From a virus, in IMG/VR virus record IMGVR_UViG_3300029743_000011: a stretch of DNA of 41,826 nucleotides; one strand, written 5' to 3'. This document shows positions 14,421-21,534 of this stretch, piece after piece (position 1 is the stretch's first letter; every line of letters begins with the position of its first letter). The position numbers were made by a program, and so were the translations under genes. The notes beneath the pieces are model-generated. The model saw nothing but the letters and a program-made list of their open reading frames with translations. It was not told where the DNA came from and made no database searches.

Positions 14421-14809
14421 ACCGCATTGTTATTATGGGCAGAATGACTCGAGACCCGGAGTTGAGAAAGACGCCGAACGGAACGTCCGTTGCATCCTTC
14501 ACGCTGGCGGTTGACCGCGATTTTACGCCGGAGGGCGGAGAGAAAGAGACGGATTTCATTGATTGCGTCGCGTGGGCGGGAACCGCTGATTTTGTAAGCG
14601 GATACTTCTTCAAGGGCAGCATGGCGGTCGTAGATGGTCGGTTGCAGCTCAGAGACTGGAAGGACAAGGACGGCAACAAGCGCCGGTCTGCTGAGATCGT
14701 GGCGAACCGCGTTTACTTCGGAGAAGGAAAGAAATCTTCGGAGCCGAAGGACCCGGAAAACCCCGGCGGGTTTACGATGATGGACGACGATTCGGACCTG
14801 CTGTTCTAA
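14414..14809 (+). CDS. ssb: Single-stranded DNA-binding protein
   Basis: [33 protein letters not shown] OB-fold start. Acidic tail DDDSDLLF. Confidence 0.9.
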   Translation: [131 protein letters not shown]

Positions 14810-14821
14810 GGGGGCTGAAAT

Positions 14822-15574
14822 ATGCCGAACAGGATCATCAAAGAAAGCTTATGTGATTCGGAGCGGATCGCGTCTTTGACGGACTTTGAGTTTCGGCTTT
14901 GGGTTGGATTGATCACGCAAGCGGACGATGCAGGGCGGGGAGACGCCCGCCCTGCATACATAAAAGGCCACGTTTTCCCGTTTCGGGAACGGGTTACTGC
15001 AAAGGATATTGAGTCTGCGCTCCACGCGCTGGCGGCAAAAGGCTGCGTTGCCCTCTACACGGTAGGCGGGAAGCCCTACTTTTTGTTCCCAAGCTGGGCA
15101 AGACATCAGAGAATCCGAGAATGCAAACCGAAGTTCCCCGGACCGGAAAATGCGGACGCTTGCGGCGATGCGATGAATTCTGCGGCGAGTTGCGGCGAGT
15201 TGCCGCAAGATGCGGCGGATTGCGGCCTTAATCCGAATCCTAATCCGAATCCTAATCCGAATACGAATCTAGGTGTAGACGCGCGCGCGGCGCGCTTCAC
15301 GCCCCCGAGCGTCGAGGAAGTGGCGGCTTATTGCCAAGAACGCGGAAACGGCGTTGATGCGGCTCGATTTGTCGACTTTTACAGCTCAAAGGGCTGGATG
15401 GTAGGCAAAACGAGGATGAAAGACTGGAAAGCCGCTGTCCGGAACTGGGAGCGGAGCAGTGACGCAAAAGCCACGCCTGCTAAGAAGCCGGGATACAACG
15501 TGCAGCACCACGGGGACGAGCTGTCCGATGTGCAGCGGGCGGCGATCCGGCAGATGATGGAGGATGGGGCATGA
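14822..15574 (+). CDS. Phage replisome organizer (N-terminal organizer domain plus DnaD-like conserved phage C-terminus)
   Basis: FEFRLWVGLITQADDAGRGDARP. C-terminal VEEVAAYCQERGNGVDAARFVDFYSSKGWMVGKTRMKDWKAAVRNWE. Confidence 0.75.
   Translation: MPNRIIKESLCDSERIASLTDFEFRLWVGLITQADDAGRGDARPAYIKGHVFPFRERVTAKDIESALHALAAKGCVALYTVGGKPYFLFPSWARHQRIRECKPKFPGPENADACGDAMNSAASCGELPQDAADCGLNPNPNPNPNPNTNLGVDARAARFTPPSVEEVAAYCQERGNGVDAARFVDFYSSKGWMVGKTRMKDWKAAVRNWERSSDAKATPAKKPGYNVQHHGDELSDVQRAAIRQMMEDGA
15151..15228. repeat. Iteron-like TGCGGC repeats phased every 10 bp (putative origin)
   Basis: TGCGG(A/C) begins at 15151, 15161, 15181, 15191, 15211 and 15221. TGCCGC begins at 15201. Confidence 0.55.
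15230..15270. repeat. Hexanucleotide tandem repeat AATCCK x ~7 (encodes an NPNPNPNPNPNT linker)
   Basis: aatccg aatcct aatccg aatcct aatccg aatacg aatct. Confidence 0.85.
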
Positions 15575-15801
15575 ATACTTGGATCGTCATTCCGGATATC
15601 ATTTCCGGGCTCTATCCCCGGCTGATGCCGGAGCTGGGAAAGCCTATCCGGGCGAAGAAGTACCCGCAGAAGAACAAGAACATGACGTTTTATCTGGTCA
15701 GCGTCCGCGACCCGGAAGAAGGCAGAGACAAGAAGATCGTCATCCGCGCGCCGGAGTGCTGGGAGGCGGAAGCGACGGTGCAGGTCAGGAGGAAGACATG
15801 A
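15571..15801 (+). CDS. Hypothetical protein
   Basis: ATGA overlap with the organizer stop. 76 aa. Confidence 0.5.
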   Translation: MNTWIVIPDIISGLYPRLMPELGKPIRAKKYPQKNKNMTFYLVSVRDPEEGRDKKIVIRAPECWEAEATVQVRRKT

Positions 15802-16019
15802 TCAGGCAAAAATACGCCGGACCATGCGGCAGGGATTGCCCACATCGAGGGCCGGGATGTGGCGCTACCTGCGAGCCGTGGCTTGCCTATGAGGCTGAAC
15901 GGAACGCGGGCTACGACAAGCGCGCCGAGATCATCGACATAAGCCAAATGACCGATGGCGGGGCGAGAAACTGCCGGAGGGCGGCAAGAGGGAAACGGAA
16001 AATAGGATGGGAAATGTGA
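15798..16019 (+). CDS. Small Cys-rich protein
   Basis: ATG follows AGGAGG. GPCGRDCPHRGPGCGATCEPW. The stop lies 1 nt before the radical SAM start. Confidence 0.55.
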   Translation: MIRQKYAGPCGRDCPHRGPGCGATCEPWLAYEAERNAGYDKRAEIIDISQMTDGGARNCRRAARGKRKIGWEM

Positions 16020-16020
16020 C

Positions 16021-16893
16021 GTGAGCGATTTAGAGCAGACGGTGATTGCCCGCGTATTCCCGCGCAAAACTAACGCTTCGCCGACTGATGCGCTGGCGTT
16101 CTTCAGTGAGCCGACGATTGAGAACATCTCGGACTGCATCAAAGCAGGCGTGACGTCAGTACATATCTCCGTCACGTTTACATGGGATCTCGAAAAAGCC
16201 GAGGACTTATATTACGCATGGCAGATTCTCGGCGTACCGGTAGAAGTCGGCGGTCCGGCATTCGATGATCGCATGGGAGGCTTCACACCGGGGCTTTACC
16301 TGCGTGACGGTTTGATTTTTACCTCGCGGGGATGCACAAAGGACTGCTGGTTTTGTTCCGTACCGCGTTGCGCGCATGGCGTAATTCGGGAGCTTCCGAT
16401 CGTGGACGGCTGGAATATCCTTGACGACAACATTCTTGGAACGTCAGAAACGCATTTTCGGGCAGTTTGTGACATGCTTAAGAGGCAGAAACACAGGGCA
16501 ATTTTTACGGGAGGCTTAGAACCGGCACTATTGCAGCAATGGCAAGCGGACATTTTACATGAGGTAAAACCGGCGCGGCTCTACACGGCATATGACACTC
16601 GTGACGATCTGGAACCGCTGATCGAGATGGGCAAGAAGCTGCGGTCGGCAGGATTTCGCCCGGTAAGCCATACAATGTGCTGCTATGTGCTGTGCGGCTA
16701 CGGCGGAGACAGTTTTGAGGACGCTGAAAAGCGCCTGGCGCAGACCATGCGTGCTGGATTCGTGCCGTATGCCATGTTATTTCGCGGAGAGGATGGAAAG
16801 TACGATTCTGAGTGGCGGAGATTCCAGCGCGAATGGTGCCGCCCAATTATCACTGGGAAAAAGTTCAACGAATTTTGGAGGGAGACGACATGA
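16021..16893 (+). CDS. Radical SAM enzyme
   Basis: TSRGCTKDCWFCSV is a CxxxCxxC cluster motif. The preceding VEVGGPAF region resembles a reduced B12-binding-like N-domain. GTG start. Confidence 0.7.
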   Translation: MSDLEQTVIARVFPRKTNASPTDALAFFSEPTIENISDCIKAGVTSVHISVTFTWDLEKAEDLYYAWQILGVPVEVGGPAFDDRMGGFTPGLYLRDGLIFTSRGCTKDCWFCSVPRCAHGVIRELPIVDGWNILDDNILGTSETHFRAVCDMLKRQKHRAIFTGGLEPALLQQWQADILHEVKPARLYTAYDTRDDLEPLIEMGKKLRSAGFRPVSHTMCCYVLCGYGGDSFEDAEKRLAQTMRAGFVPYAMLFRGEDGKYDSEWRRFQREWCRPIITGKKFNEFWRETT

Positions 16894-17477
16894 CAGAAAA
16901 GGAAATTATACGGGCGCTGCGTATCTGCGCGACGCATGAGGACAAGGGTTGCGGGCTTTGCCCACAAAGGAAGTATGTGCGTTGCGCGGAGCGGCTGGCG
17001 GATGAGGCTATCACCATGATCGAGCGCCTGACCGCCGAGAACACGGCGCTGCGAGAAGGCGCAAGCCTTGGCAAAGCAAAACGCCCGCAGAAAAAAGCAT
17101 ATGAAAAATCCATTGAATTTCTGCGCGCGCTGACAGATGGGCAATCGGACGAGATAAAAAGTCTCAAAAGAGAACTTGAATGGAAGGACATGGTGATTAC
17201 CCTCGCACAGAGAAAGCAGGCGGAGGCAGAAGCCGAGAGGGACGCGCTACGGGAGAAGCAGCGGTGGATTCCGGTGACGGAGCGGATGCCAAACACGATA
17301 CCTTGCAACGCCGGGACGGAATACAGCGAGGCTGTAATTGTGTGGACAACTGGAAATAAGGCGATGATTGCTGTTTGGGACGGAATTGACTTTATTTGCC
17401 CGACTGATTTTTGGGAGGCATGGGGCGAGGAAATCACCCACTGGATGCCGCTGCCGGAAGCGCCGGAGGAGGAATGA
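16890..17477 (+). CDS. DUF551-type C-terminal domain protein with coiled coil
   Basis: ATGA overlap. C-terminus RWIPVTERMP...VIVW...ITHWMPLPEAP. Confidence 0.6.
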   Translation: MTEKEIIRALRICATHEDKGCGLCPQRKYVRCAERLADEAITMIERLTAENTALREGASLGKAKRPQKKAYEKSIEFLRALTDGQSDEIKSLKRELEWKDMVITLAQRKQAEAEAERDALREKQRWIPVTERMPNTIPCNAGTEYSEAVIVWTTGNKAMIAVWDGIDFICPTDFWEAWGEEITHWMPLPEAPEEE

Positions 17478-17722
17478 TGAAAGGTGCGTCGAACTTTGAC
17501 AAGCTGTGCCATCAGGTTTACAACGCCGACGGCAACAATCGTGACTACATCGGAAAGGCTACTGGAGTGACGTGCAGGCTCTGCAAAAGTCCGCTCTATG
17601 CGTATTACTGCGAGGAACGGTTGTATCTCGTTGAGTGCAAAACCTGCAAAATGAAAGCATTGGTGATGGCAGAAAACCCGCAGGCGGCAGCATACAGAGC
17701 TTTTGGAATTGAGGTGAAGTGA
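17474..17722 (+). CDS. Small zinc-ribbon-like protein
   Basis: CRLCKSP...ECKTCK. Confidence 0.5.
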   Translation: MMKGASNFDKLCHQVYNADGNNRDYIGKATGVTCRLCKSPLYAYYCEERLYLVECKTCKMKALVMAENPQAAAYRAFGIEVK

Positions 17723-18186
17723 TGGAAAGACTGACGTTTGAGGGAAACTTCTGCGACATCGCGCAGTGCCGCGAACTGCCGTGTAAGTATGACGGGAACT
17801 GCACGCAGAAGGAGGCATGGGAAAGGCTCAAGCAGTTCGAGGATGCGGGATTATCTCCGCAGGCGTGCGCAGAGGCGCGAGAGATAGAGGAAACACTTTC
17901 CCGATGGGATTACTCCATCTCACGAATGGTGGAGCTGATGAAAGCGGATGTTGAAGGGCGCGTCCTGATTCTGCCGTGCGCACCGGATGCGATTTACTGG
18001 GAGAAGGTAAGCGGCATTCTGGCGCAGTCTCGCTTTGAAGGTCTACACGTCTACGAAGACGGCACGATTAAGTACGCTGGTTACGGCATGGAAATCTGCG
18101 CAGAGGACATCGGCAAGACCGTATTTTTGAGCCGCGAAGAAGCCGAGAAGGCTTTGCAGGAAATGGAGGGCAAGAAGGATGGCTGA
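17719..18186 (+). CDS. Hypothetical protein
   Basis: 155 aa. Cys-containing N-terminus. Confidence 0.55.
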   Translation: MMERLTFEGNFCDIAQCRELPCKYDGNCTQKEAWERLKQFEDAGLSPQACAEAREIEETLSRWDYSISRMVELMKADVEGRVLILPCAPDAIYWEKVSGILAQSRFEGLHVYEDGTIKYAGYGMEICAEDIGKTVFLSREEAEKALQEMEGKKDG

Positions 18187-18382
18187 TTATATCCGGCGCG
18201 ATGATGCGGTTAAAATCGCCGAAAAGTACGGGCTTGCGAACGGCTCTGTATTGGGGCGGCATACCGGACTGGCGGATTGCATTGCAAGCGAGATTTCGGG
18301 CTTGCCCGCCGCCGACGTTGCACCGGTGGAGGCCATTGTGCAGATGCATAAAGATGACTCTGAGGAGGGACTCCTTAAATGA
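18179..18382 (+). CDS. Paralog family member 1 (short)
   Basis: Contains LPAADVAPVE, shared with the next two genes. Confidence 0.5.
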   Translation: MADYIRRDDAVKIAEKYGLANGSVLGRHTGLADCIASEISGLPAADVAPVEAIVQMHKDDSEEGLLK

Positions 18383-18693
18383 CCGCTGAGTATCTTGATA
18401 GGAGCAGTTTAGTCGCGCGAATGAAGTATTACGAGAAGCACACCACAGAAGAATCTGGTGAGCATTATGCGTATTCAGTTGCACTAAGAGAGATAAGAAA
18501 CGCTCCCGCCGCCGACGTTGCGGAGGTGGTGCATGGGCGGTGGATTAAAGATGATTTTCTTTCCGATGATGTAAACAACGCCGAAAAATGTAGTCAGTGC
18601 GGCGAACTGATTGGATGGTTCGGGAATCTACCGAACTATTGCCCCAACTGCGGGGCGCGTATGGATGGAGGTGAAGATCGTGCGGTTAGTTGA
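18379..18693 (+). CDS. Paralog family member 2 with C-terminal zinc ribbon
   Basis: APAADVAEVVHGRWI ... CSQCG...YCPNCGARMDG. Confidence 0.6.
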   Translation: MTAEYLDRSSLVARMKYYEKHTTEESGEHYAYSVALREIRNAPAADVAEVVHGRWIKDDFLSDDVNNAEKCSQCGELIGWFGNLPNYCPNCGARMDGGEDRAVS

Positions 18694-18946
18694 TTTAGAT
18701 GCAGTAATTGATTGTATCGAAATGGAGTGGGGATACGAGGGGATACGTGAGGACTTATACAGTCTGCCAGTCGTAGACGCTGTGCCGGTGGTTCACGCGA
18801 AGTGGATTCCGTTCCATAGCGAAGCGGCAGGAGATATCCAGTATTGCTCGGCGTGCGACATCGGATTTGACGCGCGAATGGATTACTGCCCGCACTGCGG
18901 GGCACGCATGGACGGCTGGATGGAGGACGCAGACAATGGAGAGTGA
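18680..18946 (+). CDS. Paralog family member 3 with C-terminal zinc ribbon
   Basis: GTG 18680 lies 8 nt after GGAGG (ATG 18665 is an alternative). VVDAVPVVHAKWI ... CSACD...YCPHCGARMDG. Confidence 0.55.
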   Translation: MRLVDLDAVIDCIEMEWGYEGIREDLYSLPVVDAVPVVHAKWIPFHSEAAGDIQYCSACDIGFDARMDYCPHCGARMDGWMEDADNGE

Positions 18947-19226
18947 AAAACTGGTTTCTGCCGATGGTCTGAGGGAATGGTTGAAGAAGATCCCGCTTCA
19001 TGATTTGAGCGATGGTCGCGGGCTTTGCCGCATAATTTTCGCGGAAGACTTTGAAAGGGCGATGGCGTCATTTCCGGGCGATGCTATACAAATAGTGCGC
19101 TGCAAGGACTGCAAGCATAAGTTGCGAACGCTTGCAAATGGGGTTGTGATCTGCAGGGAGAAGCACAGCATGGTTCAGCCAAGTCTGGATGATTTTTGCA
19201 GCTACGGAGAACGGAGGGAAGAATAA
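18936..19226 (+). CDS. Hypothetical Cys-containing protein
   Basis: 96 aa. CKDCKH... Confidence 0.5.
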   Translation: MESEKLVSADGLREWLKKIPLHDLSDGRGLCRIIFAEDFERAMASFPGDAIQIVRCKDCKHKLRTLANGVVICREKHSMVQPSLDDFCSYGERREE

Positions 19227-19229
19227 AGG

Positions 19230-19967
19230 ATGAGCCTAACAGACGCTGCCAGATACACCACAATGATTATGGCGCAGAATCCAGACTGGTGCGCCAAAAG
19301 AATGGAAAATTTCGAGAAGTACATCACGGAAAATAGTGCTGGTGCTGCCGAGGTGTATAATGAAAGGAAAGACAACTCCGCGATGAACACACACATTACA
19401 AACATCAAGGGCGACTGGCAGGAGGTCGTGGACACCTGCCGCGCCACCTCCGGCAAAGGCCCTCTTGGGCATGAGCCGAGCGAGGACTTTAAGCGCCGAA
19501 TTCTGATTGCCGAACACTCGCCGATTCGGCGGATCTCGGTATCGTGGGTCTGGAAAGGCATTAAGAGCTGGATTGCGACGCACTGGTCGAGGCACAAATG
19601 GGAGTGCTTTATCTCCACGCAGAGAACCGACCGAACCGGAACGCCGAGGGACAAGCTGCCGCAGGACGCGCCGGTGATCTTCGAGGGAGAAGCGAACGTA
19701 CAAGCTTTGATTGACTCCATGCGCAAGCGGTTATGCCGTCAGGCAGCCCCGGAGACGCGCGAGTATGCCGAGGATTTCAAAGCAGCTCTGCATGAGGTGC
19801 AGCCGGAGATTTCAGACGTTCTGGTACCTAACTGCGTTTATCGGTGCGGCTGCCCGGAGATGCAGACATGCGGGATGTACGAATGGTGGCTGAAATTTCA
19901 CCCTGACATTGCAAACACGGACATCCAGAAGGGTATAACACTTACAACGAACTGTTTTGGAAAGTGA
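19230..19967 (+). CDS. ThyX-like (flavin-dependent thymidylate synthase fold) protein with divergent signature
   Basis: AEHSPIRRISVSWVWKGIKSWIATHWSRHKWECFISTQRTDR aligns to ThyX HETPFEH..FTF.....ARQW.RHRxxSxxxxSxRY. Here the motif reads RHK..C...S.QR. Confidence 0.55.
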   Translation: MSLTDAARYTTMIMAQNPDWCAKRMENFEKYITENSAGAAEVYNERKDNSAMNTHITNIKGDWQEVVDTCRATSGKGPLGHEPSEDFKRRILIAEHSPIRRISVSWVWKGIKSWIATHWSRHKWECFISTQRTDRTGTPRDKLPQDAPVIFEGEANVQALIDSMRKRLCRQAAPETREYAEDFKAALHEVQPEISDVLVPNCVYRCGCPEMQTCGMYEWWLKFHPDIANTDIQKGITLTTNCFGK

Positions 19968-19976
19968 GGGTGAAGC

Positions 19977-20477
19977 GTGGGAACGATTCTGGCGATTGAC
20001 CCGGGAAATATGGAATCCGGGTATGTCCTCGTAGAGCACGACGGGAAGGAAATCCGGAAGGTGCTGGACGTTGGTAAAGTTCCGAACGGGGAGATGTACA
20101 GCGTTTTTTTCAGCACGTATGATCATCTGGCAATCGAAATGGTGGCGGGTATGGGTATGCCGGTCGGGCAGGAGGTGTTCGACACCTGCTTCTGGATTGG
20201 ACGGTTCTGGGAATTTGCGACGTTATACGGCGTGAGCTATCCGCCGCAGAAAATCTTCCGCCGGGAAGAAAAGCTTTACTTATGTGGCAGAGCGTCGGCA
20301 AAGGATGCGAACATCAGGCAAGCTCTCGTCGACCGCTACGCGCCCGGTCAACCGAATTTCGGGAAAGGGGCGAAGAAGAATCCAGGCTTTTTCTACGGCT
20401 TCTCGGCGGACATGTGGGCGGCGATGGCGGTAGCTGTGACGTATTTTGACAAGTACATAAGGGGGATAAAGCTATGA
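19977..20477 (+). CDS. RuvC-like Holliday junction resolvase
   Basis: GTG start. ILAIDPGNMESGYVLV is an RNase H-fold first-Asp motif. Typical size and position. Confidence 0.6.
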   Translation: MGTILAIDPGNMESGYVLVEHDGKEIRKVLDVGKVPNGEMYSVFFSTYDHLAIEMVAGMGMPVGQEVFDTCFWIGRFWEFATLYGVSYPPQKIFRREEKLYLCGRASAKDANIRQALVDRYAPGQPNFGKGAKKNPGFFYGFSADMWAAMAVAVTYFDKYIRGIKL

Positions 20478-20707
20478 TCTGCGGCTGCGGTCACAAATGC
20501 CGCGTGATCGACTCCCGGAACACATGGGAGCAGGAAGAAGAAAAGCTCAGAAGACGGCGGTATGAATGCCAGGACTGCCACAGGCGGTTTTCGACCGTCG
20601 AGGTCGAGGAAGATGTGTTTGACAGCTACAGAAAGCGTGCTGTCAACGCAGAAGTGGAATTGTATGCGATGAAGAAGGAGTTGAAGAAGTTACTTGGAAA
20701 AGATTAA
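20474..20707 (+). CDS. NrdR-like zinc-ribbon protein
   Basis: CGCGHKCRVIDSR...RRRRYECQDCHRRFSTVE resembles the NrdR N-terminal ribbon. Confidence 0.5.
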   Translation: MICGCGHKCRVIDSRNTWEQEEEKLRRRRYECQDCHRRFSTVEVEEDVFDSYRKRAVNAEVELYAMKKELKKLLGKD

Positions 20708-21011
20708 GGGCGCAAAGTACGACGACAAAAAGCCCCGCCCATCGACCGTGCCTGTAGAGGCGATAGAGGCGATCATGGCGACGCGGGAATACGGGCTTCA
20801 AAATTACAAAGACGCGGAGGACTGGCGCAGCATTGCGCCGGAGAGATGGCACGAGGCGCTGTTACGGCACGTCCTCGCAATCTGGGATGACCCGACGCAC
20901 ATTGACGAAGAATCCGGGCTGCCGTCTATTTGGCACGTGATGACAAACGGGGCGTTTTTGTGTGCGTGCTTGAAGGATGTCGTAGACGAGAAAATGAAAC
21001 GAGGAGGCTGA
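20694..21011 (+). CDS. DUF5664-like protein (N-terminal domain type of dATP/dGTP diphosphohydrolases)
   Basis: GAKYDDKKPR...EYGLQNYKDAEDW...ALLRHV...DEESGLPSIWHVMTNGAFL. TTG start, uncertain. Confidence 0.45.
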   Translation: MEKIKGAKYDDKKPRPSTVPVEAIEAIMATREYGLQNYKDAEDWRSIAPERWHEALLRHVLAIWDDPTHIDEESGLPSIWHVMTNGAFLCACLKDVVDEKMKRGG

Positions 21012-21015
21012 TACG

Positions 21016-21330
21016 GTGAGCAAACCGCGCTATGGATGGTGGGGGTATGCGAAGTGGATGATACGAAGTTACAAAAGCGGTACGCTTATGACACGGGATG
21101 AAGTCGCTGCTGTCGAAGCTGCAATCGAGGAAACAAAACAGCTTATCGACGGGACGGAACGCCTCCGGCTCATAGATTTGGTCCTTTGGAAGCGCACACA
21201 CACCTTACAGGGCGCTGCTATGGTTGTATATGTTTCGGAGCGTACCGCTCAAGAATGGCATAGGCAGTTTATCTACTTAGTGGCAGAAAAACGTGGTTTA
21301 TATTCAAAAGTTTGCGTAAGAGAGCCTTAA
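21016..21330 (+). CDS. RinA-like / sigma region-4-like late transcriptional activator
   Basis: GTG start. LIDLVLWKRTHTLQGAAMVVYVSERTAQEWHRQFIYLVAEKRG. Positioned immediately before the packaging genes. Confidence 0.6.
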   Translation: MSKPRYGWWGYAKWMIRSYKSGTLMTRDEVAAVEAAIEETKQLIDGTERLRLIDLVLWKRTHTLQGAAMVVYVSERTAQEWHRQFIYLVAEKRGLYSKVCVREP

Positions 21331-21341
21331 ACATAGTGTAT
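21307..21341 (+). repeat. Conserved 35-nt element, copy A
   Basis: aaagtttgcgtaagagagcct is identical to 26975-26995. 30/35 identity over the full length with the same spacing. Confidence 0.8.
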
Positions 21342-21345
21342 CGTT

Positions 21346-21376
21346 GAGAGCGTAGAGGTGTATCCTCTGCGCTTTC
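21346..21376 (+). terminator. Strong hairpin / probable terminator after the activator gene
   Basis: 13-bp stem gagagcgtagagg / cctctgcgctttc with 5-nt loop, followed by catccttttc. Confidence 0.5.
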
Positions 21377-21424
21377 ATCCTTTTCAACGGCTACGCAGCG
21401 TACTGCGGAACCTCCTTTTTCTTA

Positions 21425-21454
21425 GCTCCACCGGAAACCGCAATCCGGTGGAGC
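21425..21454 (+). other. Stable hairpin in the untranslated leader
   Basis: gctccaccgga / tccggtggagc, 11-bp stem, 8-nt loop, no T-run. Confidence 0.5.
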
Positions 21455-21534
21455 GTGAAAAGGATAAGCAGACGGACTTCCAGCGCGATATGCAGCTTCT
21501 CAGCGCAGGCATTGTGAACGACTGGGAGGTCCGC

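Noticed and set aside
15230-15270. Possible CRISPR-like or non-coding microsatellite array
   Set aside because: The units are 6 nt with no spacers. They lie in frame inside the replisome-organizer gene and encode an Asn-Pro linker.
15564-16019. Single 151-aa ORF spanning this interval
   Set aside because: Its N-terminal half is Arg/Gly/Pro-rich junk that overlaps a better ORF (15571-15801) starting with an ATGA coupling. An internal ATG at 15798 has an AGGAGG RBS. It was therefore split into two small genes.
21307-21327. boxA-like antitermination sequence (GCTCTCTTACGCAA) in the repeated element
   Set aside because: The resemblance is on the reverse complement, so it would not appear in the plus-strand transcripts.
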